Below are positions 17,579 through 26,513 of a stretch of DNA of 64,000 nucleotides, piece by piece; the first letter of the stretch is position 1; every line of letters begins with the position of its first letter. The DNA is from Bacteroidales bacterium. Its GTDB lineage: Bacteria; Bacteroidota; Bacteroidia; Bacteroidales; NBLH01. Both the position numbers and the translations under genes were made by a program. Under the pieces are notes generated by a model. That model worked only from the letters and a program-made list of their open reading frames with translations. It was not told the DNA's origin and searched no databases. The DNA lies in contig JBNKJW010000196.1 of NCBI GenBank assembly GCA_050291445.1, positions 3,615 through 67,614 on the forward strand, read 5' to 3'.

Positions 17579-20194
17579 ATGAAAAAACCTGTTATTCTAG
17601 TATCACTTATAGTTGCTATTGCTGCTATAAGCTATTTAATTTCTTTGTACCCCAAAGACTCAAATCAAAAAGATAAACAGTCAATCGGGGTTATTATTAA
17701 ATTTAAGGAAAATGTTGTTAACCCAGAAAACCAAAAGGTAAATGTTGAAGATATTAATTCAATAGAAGTTCGAGCTACACTAGAAAAATTCAGAGTTTTA
17801 AAACTTGAATCCGTATTTAAAAATCGCTACAGATTTGGGAAATTGGAAAAATCAGTATATAAAGCTTGCAATTTACTAAATTACAGAAAGCTCTCTGTAA
17901 AAGGTAATAAGAATGCTGAAAAACTAGTTCAATCATTAGGAAAGCTAAATGATATTGAAGATGCTTTTATAGAAGAGCCTATTAAATTAAAACCAGCGAT
18001 CATTCCAAATGACTTATATTATGGTTCCCAATGGCATCTAAACTCTTCATTAAGACCTTATTCTGACATTGATGCTGAACAGGCATGGAATATAAATAAA
18101 GGACGAAATGATGTTGTTATTGCTGTATGTGATGGAGGAGTAGATTATACACATCCAGACTTGGATCCAGGAAATAGAAGCCGCGTAATTGCTGGATATG
18201 ATTCAGCTGATGATGACTACGATCCAATAGATGACTTGTCGAACTCTGCACCTCAAAGTTACGCTGGACATGGTACTAATGTAGCTGGTGTAATTGGTGC
18301 AATAACGGACAACTCAAATCAAGTTGCCGGAGCTATGTGGAATTGCAAAATAATGCCAATAAAAATGGTTGGTTCAGGAGAGATTTCAAATCCTTTTGGT
18401 GGTTCAATTGTTGATTTCTCAGAAACTGCTCTTCCATCAGATGTCGCTGATGGAATTGATTATGCTGTAAGCCACGGCGCGGATATAATCAATTTAAGTT
18501 ATGGGTTCGAGGGCAAGGGATTTCCTATTGATCAAATAGCATTAAGAATACCGCTTCTTTATGATGCAATTAGTAATGCATACAAAAATAATATAACAAT
18601 AACTGCATCTATGGGGAATGAATATGATGAGGGAAACCCTACTACATATCCAGCTGCATTTTCCCATGAAGTAATTGCTGTAGGTGCAACCGATCAATTT
18701 GGCCAAAAAGCAAGCTTCTCAAATACTGGGAAACACATAAATGTTACTGCCCCAGGTGTTGGTATTTATACAACAGATAGATTTACCGGAGTAAATAATC
18801 CTTCAGGAACATCATTTTCAGCTCCGTTAGTTGCAGGCGTTGCAGGGCTTATTATATCACAAGGTAAAGATAGAGGATTTAACTTGACTAATGATGATAT
18901 AAGGCATATTTTAGAAATAACAGCTGACGATATTACTCCGGTGGGTTTTGATGAGGCGACAGGATATGGTAAAGTCAATGCCCACAGAGCGCTTGAGTTA
19001 TTAGATGAGCCAAATGAGCTATATCATTGGAGTTCAAAAGGAGGCCATGCAACCAAAACTAATTTGAGTAAATGGATATATATTTCAGATAGGTGGGGAC
19101 TTGCAGCAGCAGAATATTTTGATGTTGATCGTTATGAGATAACTAAACATATCACTTTTCTAGTTCCATTTTGTAGTACACCAGAAGTTTGGATAAGAGA
19201 AAGGGAATGCGTAACCATGAATTTTGGAAATCCCAATGATGGATTTCCATATGCAGAGATAACTAATGTCACAACTACGGGGTTTGATGTAAGGTATGCT
19301 GTTTATTATGTAAGAAGGAATGCATTATCGCAAGAAATAAACAAATGGATTCCATCTAACATATTTTCTTCAAAAATTGAATATACTGCTGTAGGGTCTC
19401 CGAATATCGCAGCAACGGCTGGTCCTATTTCTGGAGATGATGCTGTTTGTTCTGCAAATGAAATTTTTACATTGCAAAACATACCACCTGGTTCAATAAT
19501 AGGTTGGACTAAGAGTAAAAATTTAAGTTACGTAAGTGGTCAAGGTACTGGTAATTATCAAGTAAAAGCATTTGCTAGTAATAGTGGAATGGGATGGGTG
19601 AAAGCAACAATCTCAGGTATTGGTTGCACTGCACACACTATAACAAAGAATGTCTGGGTTGGTAATCCACCAAAACCTACAGTGCATTGTATGCAAAGTG
19701 TTGTGGGGATGAACTCTCTTGTTGAAGCCTTGGCTGAAGCACAACATGCTGATAGTTATATATGGACAATTGGCGGAGGAACCTTAGTAAGTGGACAAGG
19801 AAAAAGTGATGTATTTATTAGAACTAGCTCTAGATGTCTGAATGATTTAACAATTAGAGTGAAGACAAGTAATGCTTGTGGTGCATCTGTTGAAGCTATG
19901 GAATCAGTTTCGTATGATTGCTCTGGTTTACCTAGCCCCTTAAGAGTATATCCAAATCCTGCTAACAGTGAGATCGAGTTTTCATTGGCTGATGAAAAAA
20001 TCAAATTACAAAGGAGCAAGAAGTTGCAAAACTATGAAATCGTAATTTCAAACGTATATGGTGTTCCAGTTTATTCAGGTTTTGTAAATAGGTCAAAACT
20101 TAAATTAAACATCTCTTCCTGGCAGAAAGGCATTTATCATGTTAGAATTTTCAATGAAAGAGAAAATCATAGTGCCTCTTTTATAATTGAGTAA
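17579..20194 (+). CDS. S8 family serine peptidase (subtilisin-like) with T9SS C-terminal sorting domain
   Basis: 871-aa ORF. The catalytic triad motifs are VCDGGVDYTHPDL (Asp), AGHGTNVAGVIGA (His) and GTSFSAPLVAGVAGL (Ser). The C-terminal ~85 aa (LRVYPNPANSEIEFSL...GIYHVRIF) match the type-A Por/T9SS CTD pattern. Confidence 0.9.
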   Translation: MKKPVILVSLIVAIAAISYLISLYPKDSNQKDKQSIGVIIKFKENVVNPENQKVNVEDINSIEVRATLEKFRVLKLESVFKNRYRFGKLEKSVYKACNLLNYRKLSVKGNKNAEKLVQSLGKLNDIEDAFIEEPIKLKPAIIPNDLYYGSQWHLNSSLRPYSDIDAEQAWNINKGRNDVVIAVCDGGVDYTHPDLDPGNRSRVIAGYDSADDDYDPIDDLSNSAPQSYAGHGTNVAGVIGAITDNSNQVAGAMWNCKIMPIKMVGSGEISNPFGGSIVDFSETALPSDVADGIDYAVSHGADIINLSYGFEGKGFPIDQIALRIPLLYDAISNAYKNNITITASMGNEYDEGNPTTYPAAFSHEVIAVGATDQFGQKASFSNTGKHINVTAPGVGIYTTDRFTGVNNPSGTSFSAPLVAGVAGLIISQGKDRGFNLTNDDIRHILEITADDITPVGFDEATGYGKVNAHRALELLDEPNELYHWSSKGGHATKTNLSKWIYISDRWGLAAAEYFDVDRYEITKHITFLVPFCSTPEVWIRERECVTMNFGNPNDGFPYAEITNVTTTGFDVRYAVYYVRRNALSQEINKWIPSNIFSSKIEYTAVGSPNIAATAGPISGDDAVCSANEIFTLQNIPPGSIIGWTKSKNLSYVSGQGTGNYQVKAFASNSGMGWVKATISGIGCTAHTITKNVWVGNPPKPTVHCMQSVVGMNSLVEALAEAQHADSYIWTIGGGTLVSGQGKSDVFIRTSSRCLNDLTIRVKTSNACGASVEAMESVSYDCSGLPSPLRVYPNPANSEIEFSLADEKIKLQRSKKLQNYEIVISNVYGVPVYSGFVNRSKLKLNISSWQKGIYHVRIFNERENHSASFIIE

Positions 20195-20214
20195 GAGATT
20201 AAAGTATAAAACAA

Positions 20215-20258
20215 GTCGCGGGGTGAATATAATTCGACACAGATATTCACCCGGTGAC
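20215..20258. terminator. Hairpin between convergent genes (probable bidirectional terminator)
   Basis: GTCGCGGGGTGAATAT (20215-20230) pairs with ATATTCACCCGGTGAC (20243-20258) at 14/16 bp, with a 12-nt loop. It sits between the S8 peptidase stop (20194) and the VWA gene stop (20274). Confidence 0.55.
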
Positions 20259-20273
20259 TAAGGATCTTATGTT

Positions 20274-21887
20274 CTATTTTTCCAAAAGTTCAGCAACCTC
20301 TGCTAATTTAATAAACTCAGCCCTGTAGCCTTCCGGATCGGCTCCTTTAGCTTCTTTAGCAGTAGCAATTACGTTTTCAAAACTTGCTTTGCCTTTGAAT
20401 TCAGAGTTACGAAGTAACAAACCAAACTCTGTAACAGCAACTGCCCACTGAAAGTTGGTTGAGAATTCTTGCTTCAGATCTTTTTCAGAGATTTTGTGCT
20501 TAATTAGCTTGCTGGTTGACGCATCTGGCTCTTTGTACCTTAGCTTTAAGGTCATTAAATCATCGCTTTTGACCACTTTTGTTTTTTGGTACTCTAGTTC
20601 ATCAACTCCCGGAACCTCTTCTTTTGAACCGGCAGGGATAATTTCGTAAATGGCAGTAACTGTGTGTCCTGCGCCAATGTCTCCAGCATCTTTTTTATCG
20701 TCATTAAAATCTTCTTTGTTTAACATTCTGTTTTCGTAACCGATTAATCTGTAGGCTTTTACTTTGGATGGGTTGAACTCAATCTGCAATTTTACATCTT
20801 TTGCAATGGTATAGATGGTGCCAAAAAACTCTTTCCCAAGTGTCTTTTTTGCCTCAAGAATGTTATCAATGTAGGCATAATTACCATTTCCTGCATTCGA
20901 CAATTTTTCCATTTTAGAGTCTTTGTAGTTGCCCATTCCAAAACCTAATACGGTCAGGGAAATACCATCATCTCTTTTTTCTTCAATTAAACGCTCCATG
21001 GCTGCATCGCTACTCGCCCCGATATTAAAATCACCATCTGTGGCTAAAATTACACGGTTGTTGCCACCTTCAATAAAGTTTTCTTTGGCTATTTTGTAGG
21101 CTAGCTTAATTCCTTCGCCCCCGGCAGTTGAACCGCCAGCTTCCAGTTTATCAAACGCTTTAATAATTTCTTCTTTTTCATCGCAACTTGTTGATGGCAA
21201 TACCACCCCTGCTGCACCTGCATAAACAACCATTGCCACCCTGTCAGACGAACGAAGTTTTTCAATTAGAATTTTGAACGACTGTTTTAATAATGGAAGT
21301 TTATTTGGATCACTCATTGAACCAGAAACATCAATTAAAAAAACCAGGTTGGTTGATGGCAAATCTTTTACTTCAATTTCTTTTCCTTTTAGTCCAATTG
21401 AAATTAATTGGTGCCCGCTATTCCATGGGCAGGTGGCCAGCTCAAGGTTGACAGAAAAAGGATGTTCTCCCGTTGGCAATGGGTAGTTGTAGTTGAAATA
21501 GTTAACCATTTCTTCAATTCGCACAGCATCCGGAGGTGGTAGCTGGTTACCTTCTAAAAATCGGCGAACATTTGCATAAGCAGCACGATCAACATCTACC
21601 GAAAAAGTTGATAAGGGATTTGTTAATGCACTTACAAAGGCATTTTCGGTAATTTTGTCGTACGATTCGGTGTTAAAATCTTCTTTTTTGGCGTCTTTTT
21701 CCATTGGTTCACTTTCCTTGTCCATCATAACAAGTCCGTCATCAACAGATTCAACAACATCCTCTTCGTAGTACCGCTGTTTGGCATTATCACCTGTTTT
21801 TCCACCAAAGCAACTTGCCATTAATACTATCAAAAGGGCTACAATTGAAAATTTGACGGTGTTTTTTAAATAATTTGTTGTTTTCAT
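20274..21887 (-). CDS. von Willebrand factor type A (VWA) domain lipoprotein, YfbK-like
   Basis: ORF 20274..21977. The likely start is ATG 21887 (MKTTNYLKN...LMASCFGG lipobox). It has the MIDAS motif LVFLIDVSGSMS and a C-terminal DUF3520-like region. Confidence 0.85.
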   Translation of the reverse strand: MKTTNYLKNTVKFSIVALLIVLMASCFGGKTGDNAKQRYYEEDVVESVDDGLVMMDKESEPMEKDAKKEDFNTESYDKITENAFVSALTNPLSTFSVDVDRAAYANVRRFLEGNQLPPPDAVRIEEMVNYFNYNYPLPTGEHPFSVNLELATCPWNSGHQLISIGLKGKEIEVKDLPSTNLVFLIDVSGSMSDPNKLPLLKQSFKILIEKLRSSDRVAMVVYAGAAGVVLPSTSCDEKEEIIKAFDKLEAGGSTAGGEGIKLAYKIAKENFIEGGNNRVILATDGDFNIGASSDAAMERLIEEKRDDGISLTVLGFGMGNYKDSKMEKLSNAGNGNYAYIDNILEAKKTLGKEFFGTIYTIAKDVKLQIEFNPSKVKAYRLIGYENRMLNKEDFNDDKKDAGDIGAGHTVTAIYEIIPAGSKEEVPGVDELEYQKTKVVKSDDLMTLKLRYKEPDASTSKLIKHKISEKDLKQEFSTNFQWAVAVTEFGLLLRNSEFKGKASFENVIATAKEAKGADPEGYRAEFIKLAEVAELLEK

Positions 21888-22000
21888 GTTGTTAAAGGTT
21901 TTTCTTTTAAATTTACATAATAGATGCTGAAAATTTGTAATTTCCATAATTTTTTTGCCACAAAGGCACCAAAACACTAAAAAACACTAAATAAATAGAG

Positions 22001-22663
22001 GTGCACTACTTTCTTATCATATTGATGCAGCTGCTTAACATCGGAGCTTTCCAGGGGGCATTATCTATAAAATTCAATAATCAGTCTCCGTGCTTCTGCT
22101 CAAAAGAAATTTATGATTCGTTGAACTGCAAAGAATTGAATTACGCCGCTTTTGAAATGGCTTATAATGGTTATTCCTATCTAAAAAAGGAGAAATTGAT
22201 TGATAATACGCGATTTTTAACCATTGTTGATTTTAGCAAGCCAATTACTGAGCAACGTTTTTTTGTGATAGACCTGGAAAACAGGGAAGTTATTTTTAAA
22301 GAGTTGGTTGCTCATGCAGCTAAATCAGGGGAGATTTATGCCAAATCTTTTTCAAATGAAGTGGAGTCGGAGAAAAATAGCATTGGTTTTTATGCAACAG
22401 GAAGGGCTTATTGGAGTAAAACTGGTTATTCGCTGAAATTATTGGGGCTTGAAAACGGTTTTAACGATAATGCATTTGCAAGAGGAATAGCATTACATGG
22501 TGCAAAAAAAATACATCCTCAAAAAAGCAAAGGTTGCCTTGTTGTTTTGGAAGATGTTGTTAATCAGGTTGTTGGGGTGGTGAAAAACGGAGCTTGCCTT
22601 TTTGTTTATTATCCTGATGAGAACTATTTGAAAGAATCAATTTTCCTTAATAAAACAAATTAA
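22001..22663 (+). CDS. L,D-transpeptidase catalytic-domain-like (YkuD_2-type) protein
   Basis: 220-aa ORF with a GTG start. RFFVIDLENREV...VAHAAKSG...IALHGAKKIHPQKSKGCLVV resembles the murein L,D-transpeptidase catalytic domain family, with an active-site Cys in SKGC. Confidence 0.55.
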   Translation: MHYFLIILMQLLNIGAFQGALSIKFNNQSPCFCSKEIYDSLNCKELNYAAFEMAYNGYSYLKKEKLIDNTRFLTIVDFSKPITEQRFFVIDLENREVIFKELVAHAAKSGEIYAKSFSNEVESEKNSIGFYATGRAYWSKTGYSLKLLGLENGFNDNAFARGIALHGAKKIHPQKSKGCLVVLEDVVNQVVGVVKNGACLFVYYPDENYLKESIFLNKTN

Positions 22664-22665
22664 AA

Positions 22666-22689
22666 TAGGCAGGACTTTCATCCTGCCTA
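22666..22689. terminator. Bidirectional intrinsic terminator hairpin
   Basis: TAGGCAGGA-CTTTCA-TCCTGCCTA is a perfect 9-bp stem. It is flanked by A-runs on both sides, which read as the U-tract on the minus-strand transcript only. It lies between convergent genes ending at 22663 (+) and 22749 (-). Confidence 0.7.
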
Positions 22690-22748
22690 AAACCAAACCA
22701 TTTGTCAAACCAAAGGCCCAAAAGACCTTTTATTTTTACCCGGGGGGC

Positions 22749-24497
22749 TTATATTTCTCTACTGGCAAAGAATTCTTTTCTCAATTCTTTATCTTTTCCA
22801 TAAATATCATGATAAAAGGTGATGTTCGCTTTACTGTTTGCTTCACAGGTAACATAACGAATGTATAGTGGGATATGTTCTTTAAAATTGTATCTTGTTC
22901 TTCTGCCTTCGTTTACCCAAATTGCTACAGAATCACCTTTTGTAGGTTGGTCAAGACTAACCAGTGTTGTGCCAAATTTTACTGGTTCTCCCAAACGAAT
23001 ACAGCCATGACTATACGCCCTTATATCTTTACTGAATTTGCTTTTATCATTTGTATCGTGCAATAGTATGTTGTTTTCTCCACTATCGAAATAATATTTT
23101 ATTTTGCCCATTGCGTTTCCACGTCCGGCGCTCTGTTGAAGCCTGAAGTTGAGGTTGCCACTTTCTACTTTTGTCCAGTCAATTTTATTTACCGGGTTGC
23201 TTTCTAAATCATAAACTTTATAGCCATGCCTTGCCAGGTAGGTGGAGTCTTTTTTTATTTTTGGGATGATTTCATTTCTTGTAATTGAAACAGGAACATA
23301 CCATTTTGGATTGGTGGTAAAATATTCAATCTTACTATTCAGCTGCGGCGTTTTAAACCATGGGGCACCAACTACTACAATGTAAGTTTTTATAATCATA
23401 TGTTTATCAATAACTCTTACTTTGTACGAAGGGAGGTTTACATAAACATAACGCGCTGGTCGCCTTTTTTCCCATCGTAATCTTTCCAGGTTGATGGCAA
23501 TTTGTTCAAAACGCTCTCTGTTATTTAGCAAAAGCGCATTTTTAGTGTTTGTGCCAATTTTTCCATCGGGGTGAAGGCCATGGTCTTTCTGGAACTTCTT
23601 AAGCGACTTAATAAATACTTCGTCATTATCATTAGGTGCACTATAATCGTAAGTATATCCAATGGTTTGTGTTTCGAAATTTGTGATTTCCTGAACCAGG
23701 TAATTTGCATATTCTTTTGCTTTGTAATCAGCATCAAAATAATTATTCACTGCTAGAATTTCTTTTGCTTTTTTGTATGCCAGTAATGAATCAGCTTTAG
23801 GATCCGGTAATTCAAAACTGTCAGTTGTTAGCTCCATGCTTGCTAAAAAGGCTTCAAGGCCTTTTTGTAACTGTTTGTATTGATATGTTTTGGGTTGCAA
23901 ATCAAGAATGCCTTCTGTAATTCTGCCAGTGTTAACAAAATCACCCAGTTTGTTTGCAAAACTTCTCGGGAATTTAGCTAATTGCTTTCCATAAATTGCG
24001 GTATCGGGATATAAAACGCCTGTTTTTAGGTTGCTCATTAATTTAAAGCAATTATGGGTCATTAATAATTCATATTCCAGGGCTTTTTTACTTAAATCGT
24101 GCTCTTTTTCATCCTTTAAAACATAATAAAGCTCTTTTAACGAAGTAAACTGGTAAAACGAAGTATCCAACCCATAAAATGCCGATTTTGCAAATAGCCT
24201 CATGAGTTCCCTTCCATCATGATTAGGTTTCATTGCTGTTGTCCATACCGGAAGATATTGATTTTGTGAGTAAAATTTTTTAATTAAGGGTGTTGTTGTT
24301 AGCTGACGTCCGCGAAATGCCAGATGAACTGTGTCGTTAACATTTTCAAAAGTATTTACAAGTATTTTATTCATCGCATTTTCCTCTTCTACAGGAAAGT
24401 CTGGGGTGCTAGCTGTGTAATTATTCCTGTCAAAACACGAAATATTTAGAACAGAAAAAATTGAAAGTAGAAAGATTGAAATTTTTGTACGATCCAT
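22749..24497 (-). CDS. L,D-transpeptidase family protein (YcbB-like) with peptidoglycan-binding domain
   Basis: 582-aa ORF with a signal peptide. It has a PG_binding_1 motif (LKKFQKDHGLHPDGKIGTNTKNAL) and the YkuD catalytic motif YSHGCIRL. Confidence 0.85.
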   Translation of the reverse strand: MDRTKISIFLLSIFSVLNISCFDRNNYTASTPDFPVEEENAMNKILVNTFENVNDTVHLAFRGRQLTTTPLIKKFYSQNQYLPVWTTAMKPNHDGRELMRLFAKSAFYGLDTSFYQFTSLKELYYVLKDEKEHDLSKKALEYELLMTHNCFKLMSNLKTGVLYPDTAIYGKQLAKFPRSFANKLGDFVNTGRITEGILDLQPKTYQYKQLQKGLEAFLASMELTTDSFELPDPKADSLLAYKKAKEILAVNNYFDADYKAKEYANYLVQEITNFETQTIGYTYDYSAPNDNDEVFIKSLKKFQKDHGLHPDGKIGTNTKNALLLNNRERFEQIAINLERLRWEKRRPARYVYVNLPSYKVRVIDKHMIIKTYIVVVGAPWFKTPQLNSKIEYFTTNPKWYVPVSITRNEIIPKIKKDSTYLARHGYKVYDLESNPVNKIDWTKVESGNLNFRLQQSAGRGNAMGKIKYYFDSGENNILLHDTNDKSKFSKDIRAYSHGCIRLGEPVKFGTTLVSLDQPTKGDSVAIWVNEGRRTRYNFKEHIPLYIRYVTCEANSKANITFYHDIYGKDKELRKEFFASREI

Positions 24498-24811
24498 AGT
24501 AGTATTTTTTCGTTTATAAGGGCGACTATTTTTTTTAGAACAAATCTTTGTTTAACCTGATAAGCTCATTTAAAAATTCCATAAATTGGTTTTGCCCCCT
24601 ACTATAAATATACGAAGATAAGTGATGAATGTTTCGTGAACTCGTCAATGAAAAACGTCTGTTTGTCAAACAGGGTATGCTTTTTAGCGTGTTTGTGTGA
24701 AAAAATGTTAAGGGTGTTTAAGGGGTGTTAAAAAGTCAGAAGCCGGATGACCAAACTTTTTTTCTGGTTAATAATGATTTGTGAAATTGTGCGTTAAGCT
24801 CAGCCTTAATC

Positions 24812-25939
24812 TTAAACTTCAACATCAAAAGTATAAAATGAAACATCATCAGATTCTGGAATAAAGGTGTAGGCAAATTTATTTTTGCTTTCTAATGCAA
24901 TTTCCATTAAACCAAGTCCCATAAGGCTTGAATCATCAATGTCTTTTTTGTGGGTACCTTCTTCGTAATGTTTGCGTATCTTTTTTATGGGCATTTTTTT
25001 AATCTCATCCAACTGGGTTTTTAAACTGGTGACTTTAGTTTGTTTTATGTGGTTACCAGTTGAAATAAAATGTTTTTTACCTTGTTGGCGGATGATGAAA
25101 ATTGCCTCTTTTTCATCATTTTTTTCTAATGAATGTAAGCTAAGGTTTTGAAGGGCCTCTAAAATAATATGGAAAGTGAGTTTTTGCACATTAACCGCTT
25201 TGGATTCAATATTGTTCTCGACCATGCTAATTACCGGATCAATTACAACAGGTGAAAAGTTTCCTTTGTGCATAACAATCAGGTTTTTGGTGTAGGTTTC
25301 TTCATGAAACTCTTTTAGCCAGTCAATGTTAACATCTAGTTTAACTTTTTTTTCTTTAGCCTCTGCAGTTTTACACTTTACTTTAATTAATAAGTAAAAG
25401 TAAGAGTAGGTATCGTCAATTTCTTCAAAATCAAAGTGCAGTTTTTGGCTTGTTTTTCTTGCCATTTCAATAAAACCAAGGCCTGCACCACCTGCTTGGG
25501 TAAACTGATTGTTAGTGAGTATTTTTCGGTAAAGTTCGTTCAACTCTTTGCCATCCAGTCGGTTTACTTCTTGGAGCTTTTGGTTAACGTACTTAATTTT
25601 TTTGTTTTCAATAAGGTTCACTGAGCCAATGTAGAAAGTTCCACCAATGTTCCTTACCATAAACATTTCTTTTCGGTATCTAAATTGCTTGTTAACAGGT
25701 TCGTCGCCATACCGTATGATGTTTTGGAAGCTTTCAATCATTAAAAAGGACAACTTATGGCGTAATTTTCTAAAGTCGTTATCTTTTGATATGTTTTTTT
25801 CGATAAGGTTTATCGATGAAATCACCATGTGGTTTGACAATGCACCCATATAAACAAAAAGCAACTTGTCGTTTTTAAAGGTGTCAAAGTATTTATAGGT
25901 CAACGAAGAATCTTCCATAAGTTGGCTTGCTTTAGGCAC
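24812..25939 (-). CDS. Tandem-duplicated DUF6272 / SiaB-like histidine-kinase-type ATPase protein
   Basis: 375-aa ORF starting at GTG 25939 or ATG 25918. It has two homologous halves. Each starts with a '(L/I)V(Y/M)xGxxS...' segment and ends with a GxGLG-type ATP-lid motif (GGAGLGFIEMARKT; LMGLGLMEIALES). Confidence 0.6.
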   Translation of the reverse strand: MPKASQLMEDSSLTYKYFDTFKNDKLLFVYMGALSNHMVISSINLIEKNISKDNDFRKLRHKLSFLMIESFQNIIRYGDEPVNKQFRYRKEMFMVRNIGGTFYIGSVNLIENKKIKYVNQKLQEVNRLDGKELNELYRKILTNNQFTQAGGAGLGFIEMARKTSQKLHFDFEEIDDTYSYFYLLIKVKCKTAEAKEKKVKLDVNIDWLKEFHEETYTKNLIVMHKGNFSPVVIDPVISMVENNIESKAVNVQKLTFHIILEALQNLSLHSLEKNDEKEAIFIIRQQGKKHFISTGNHIKQTKVTSLKTQLDEIKKMPIKKIRKHYEEGTHKKDIDDSSLMGLGLMEIALESKNKFAYTFIPESDDVSFYTFDVEV

Positions 25940-26229
25940 TAAAGTAATAATTTTTTTAAAAAGATGGAAAGCCTGCCTCTATTTAAATAACTTAAAAGGT
26001 GTTTTTCTATTGCTTATCTAGGCGAAAGAAATGATAAAGCTTCAAGCAGACATGATGAAAGAGGCTAACCTGATTAATTCATAAAAATGAATGAAAACAC
26101 AGTTTAGTGCTGAATGTTATATAGATATTTGATGTGTATCGTAAGTTTTTTTAATGTTTAGGACTTGTTTACCACTAAATCTAAATATTGCGGTACTCCG
26201 TACCTTTTCAAATCACACAAACATTTAAG

Positions 26230-26381
26230 CTACAAATATTTTCGGTGCTCTGCACCTATTAAAAAAAACAGGTTCAACATTAAAAGCAGTAGAGCTCCTT
26301 TTCCGTAATACTATGAAGGAGGAGCTACGCAATATTTGTAGATTATTAATTGACAAGTGATTTAAGGTGCAGAGCACCGAA
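26230..26381. repeat. Two interleaved perfect inverted repeats (11 bp and 17 bp)
   Basis: CTACAAATATT (26230-26240) pairs with AATATTTGTAG (26331-26341). TTCGGTGCTCTGCACCT (26241-26257) pairs with AGGTGCAGAGCACCGAA (26365-26381). The two left arms are contiguous. The 11-bp right arm lies inside the 107-bp spacer of the 17-bp pair. Confidence 0.85.
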
Positions 26382-26383
26382 TA

Positions 26384-26450
26384 CCGATTTTACTTTCAAA
26401 ATAGTCCAATTTCGGCAAAGCCTCATTCGACTATTTTCAAGTAGCATCGG
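26384..26450. other. Long imperfect hairpin
   Basis: CCGATTTTACTTTCAAAATAGTC (26384-26406) pairs with GACTATTTTCAAGTAGCATCGG (26429-26450). About 19 bp pair, in blocks of 5+5+9, with a 2-nt mismatch and a 1-nt bulge. Confidence 0.6.
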
Positions 26451-26452
26451 TA

Positions 26453-26509
26453 TTTACCATTGCAATTTATATCTTGCTTTTGGACTAAAATATAAATGCA
26501 ATTGGTATA
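26453..26509. other. AT-rich imperfect hairpin
   Basis: ACCATTGCAATTTATAT (26456-26472) pairs with ATATAAATGCAATTGGT (26490-26506), with one register slip. Confidence 0.5.
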
Positions 26510-26513
26510 ACAT

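Noticed and set aside
21888-21977. N-terminal extension of the VWA gene ORF (MFWCLCGKKIMEITNFQHLLCKFKRKTFNN).
   Set aside because: The downstream ATG 21887 is followed immediately by a lipoprotein signal peptide. The extension has no signal-like features.
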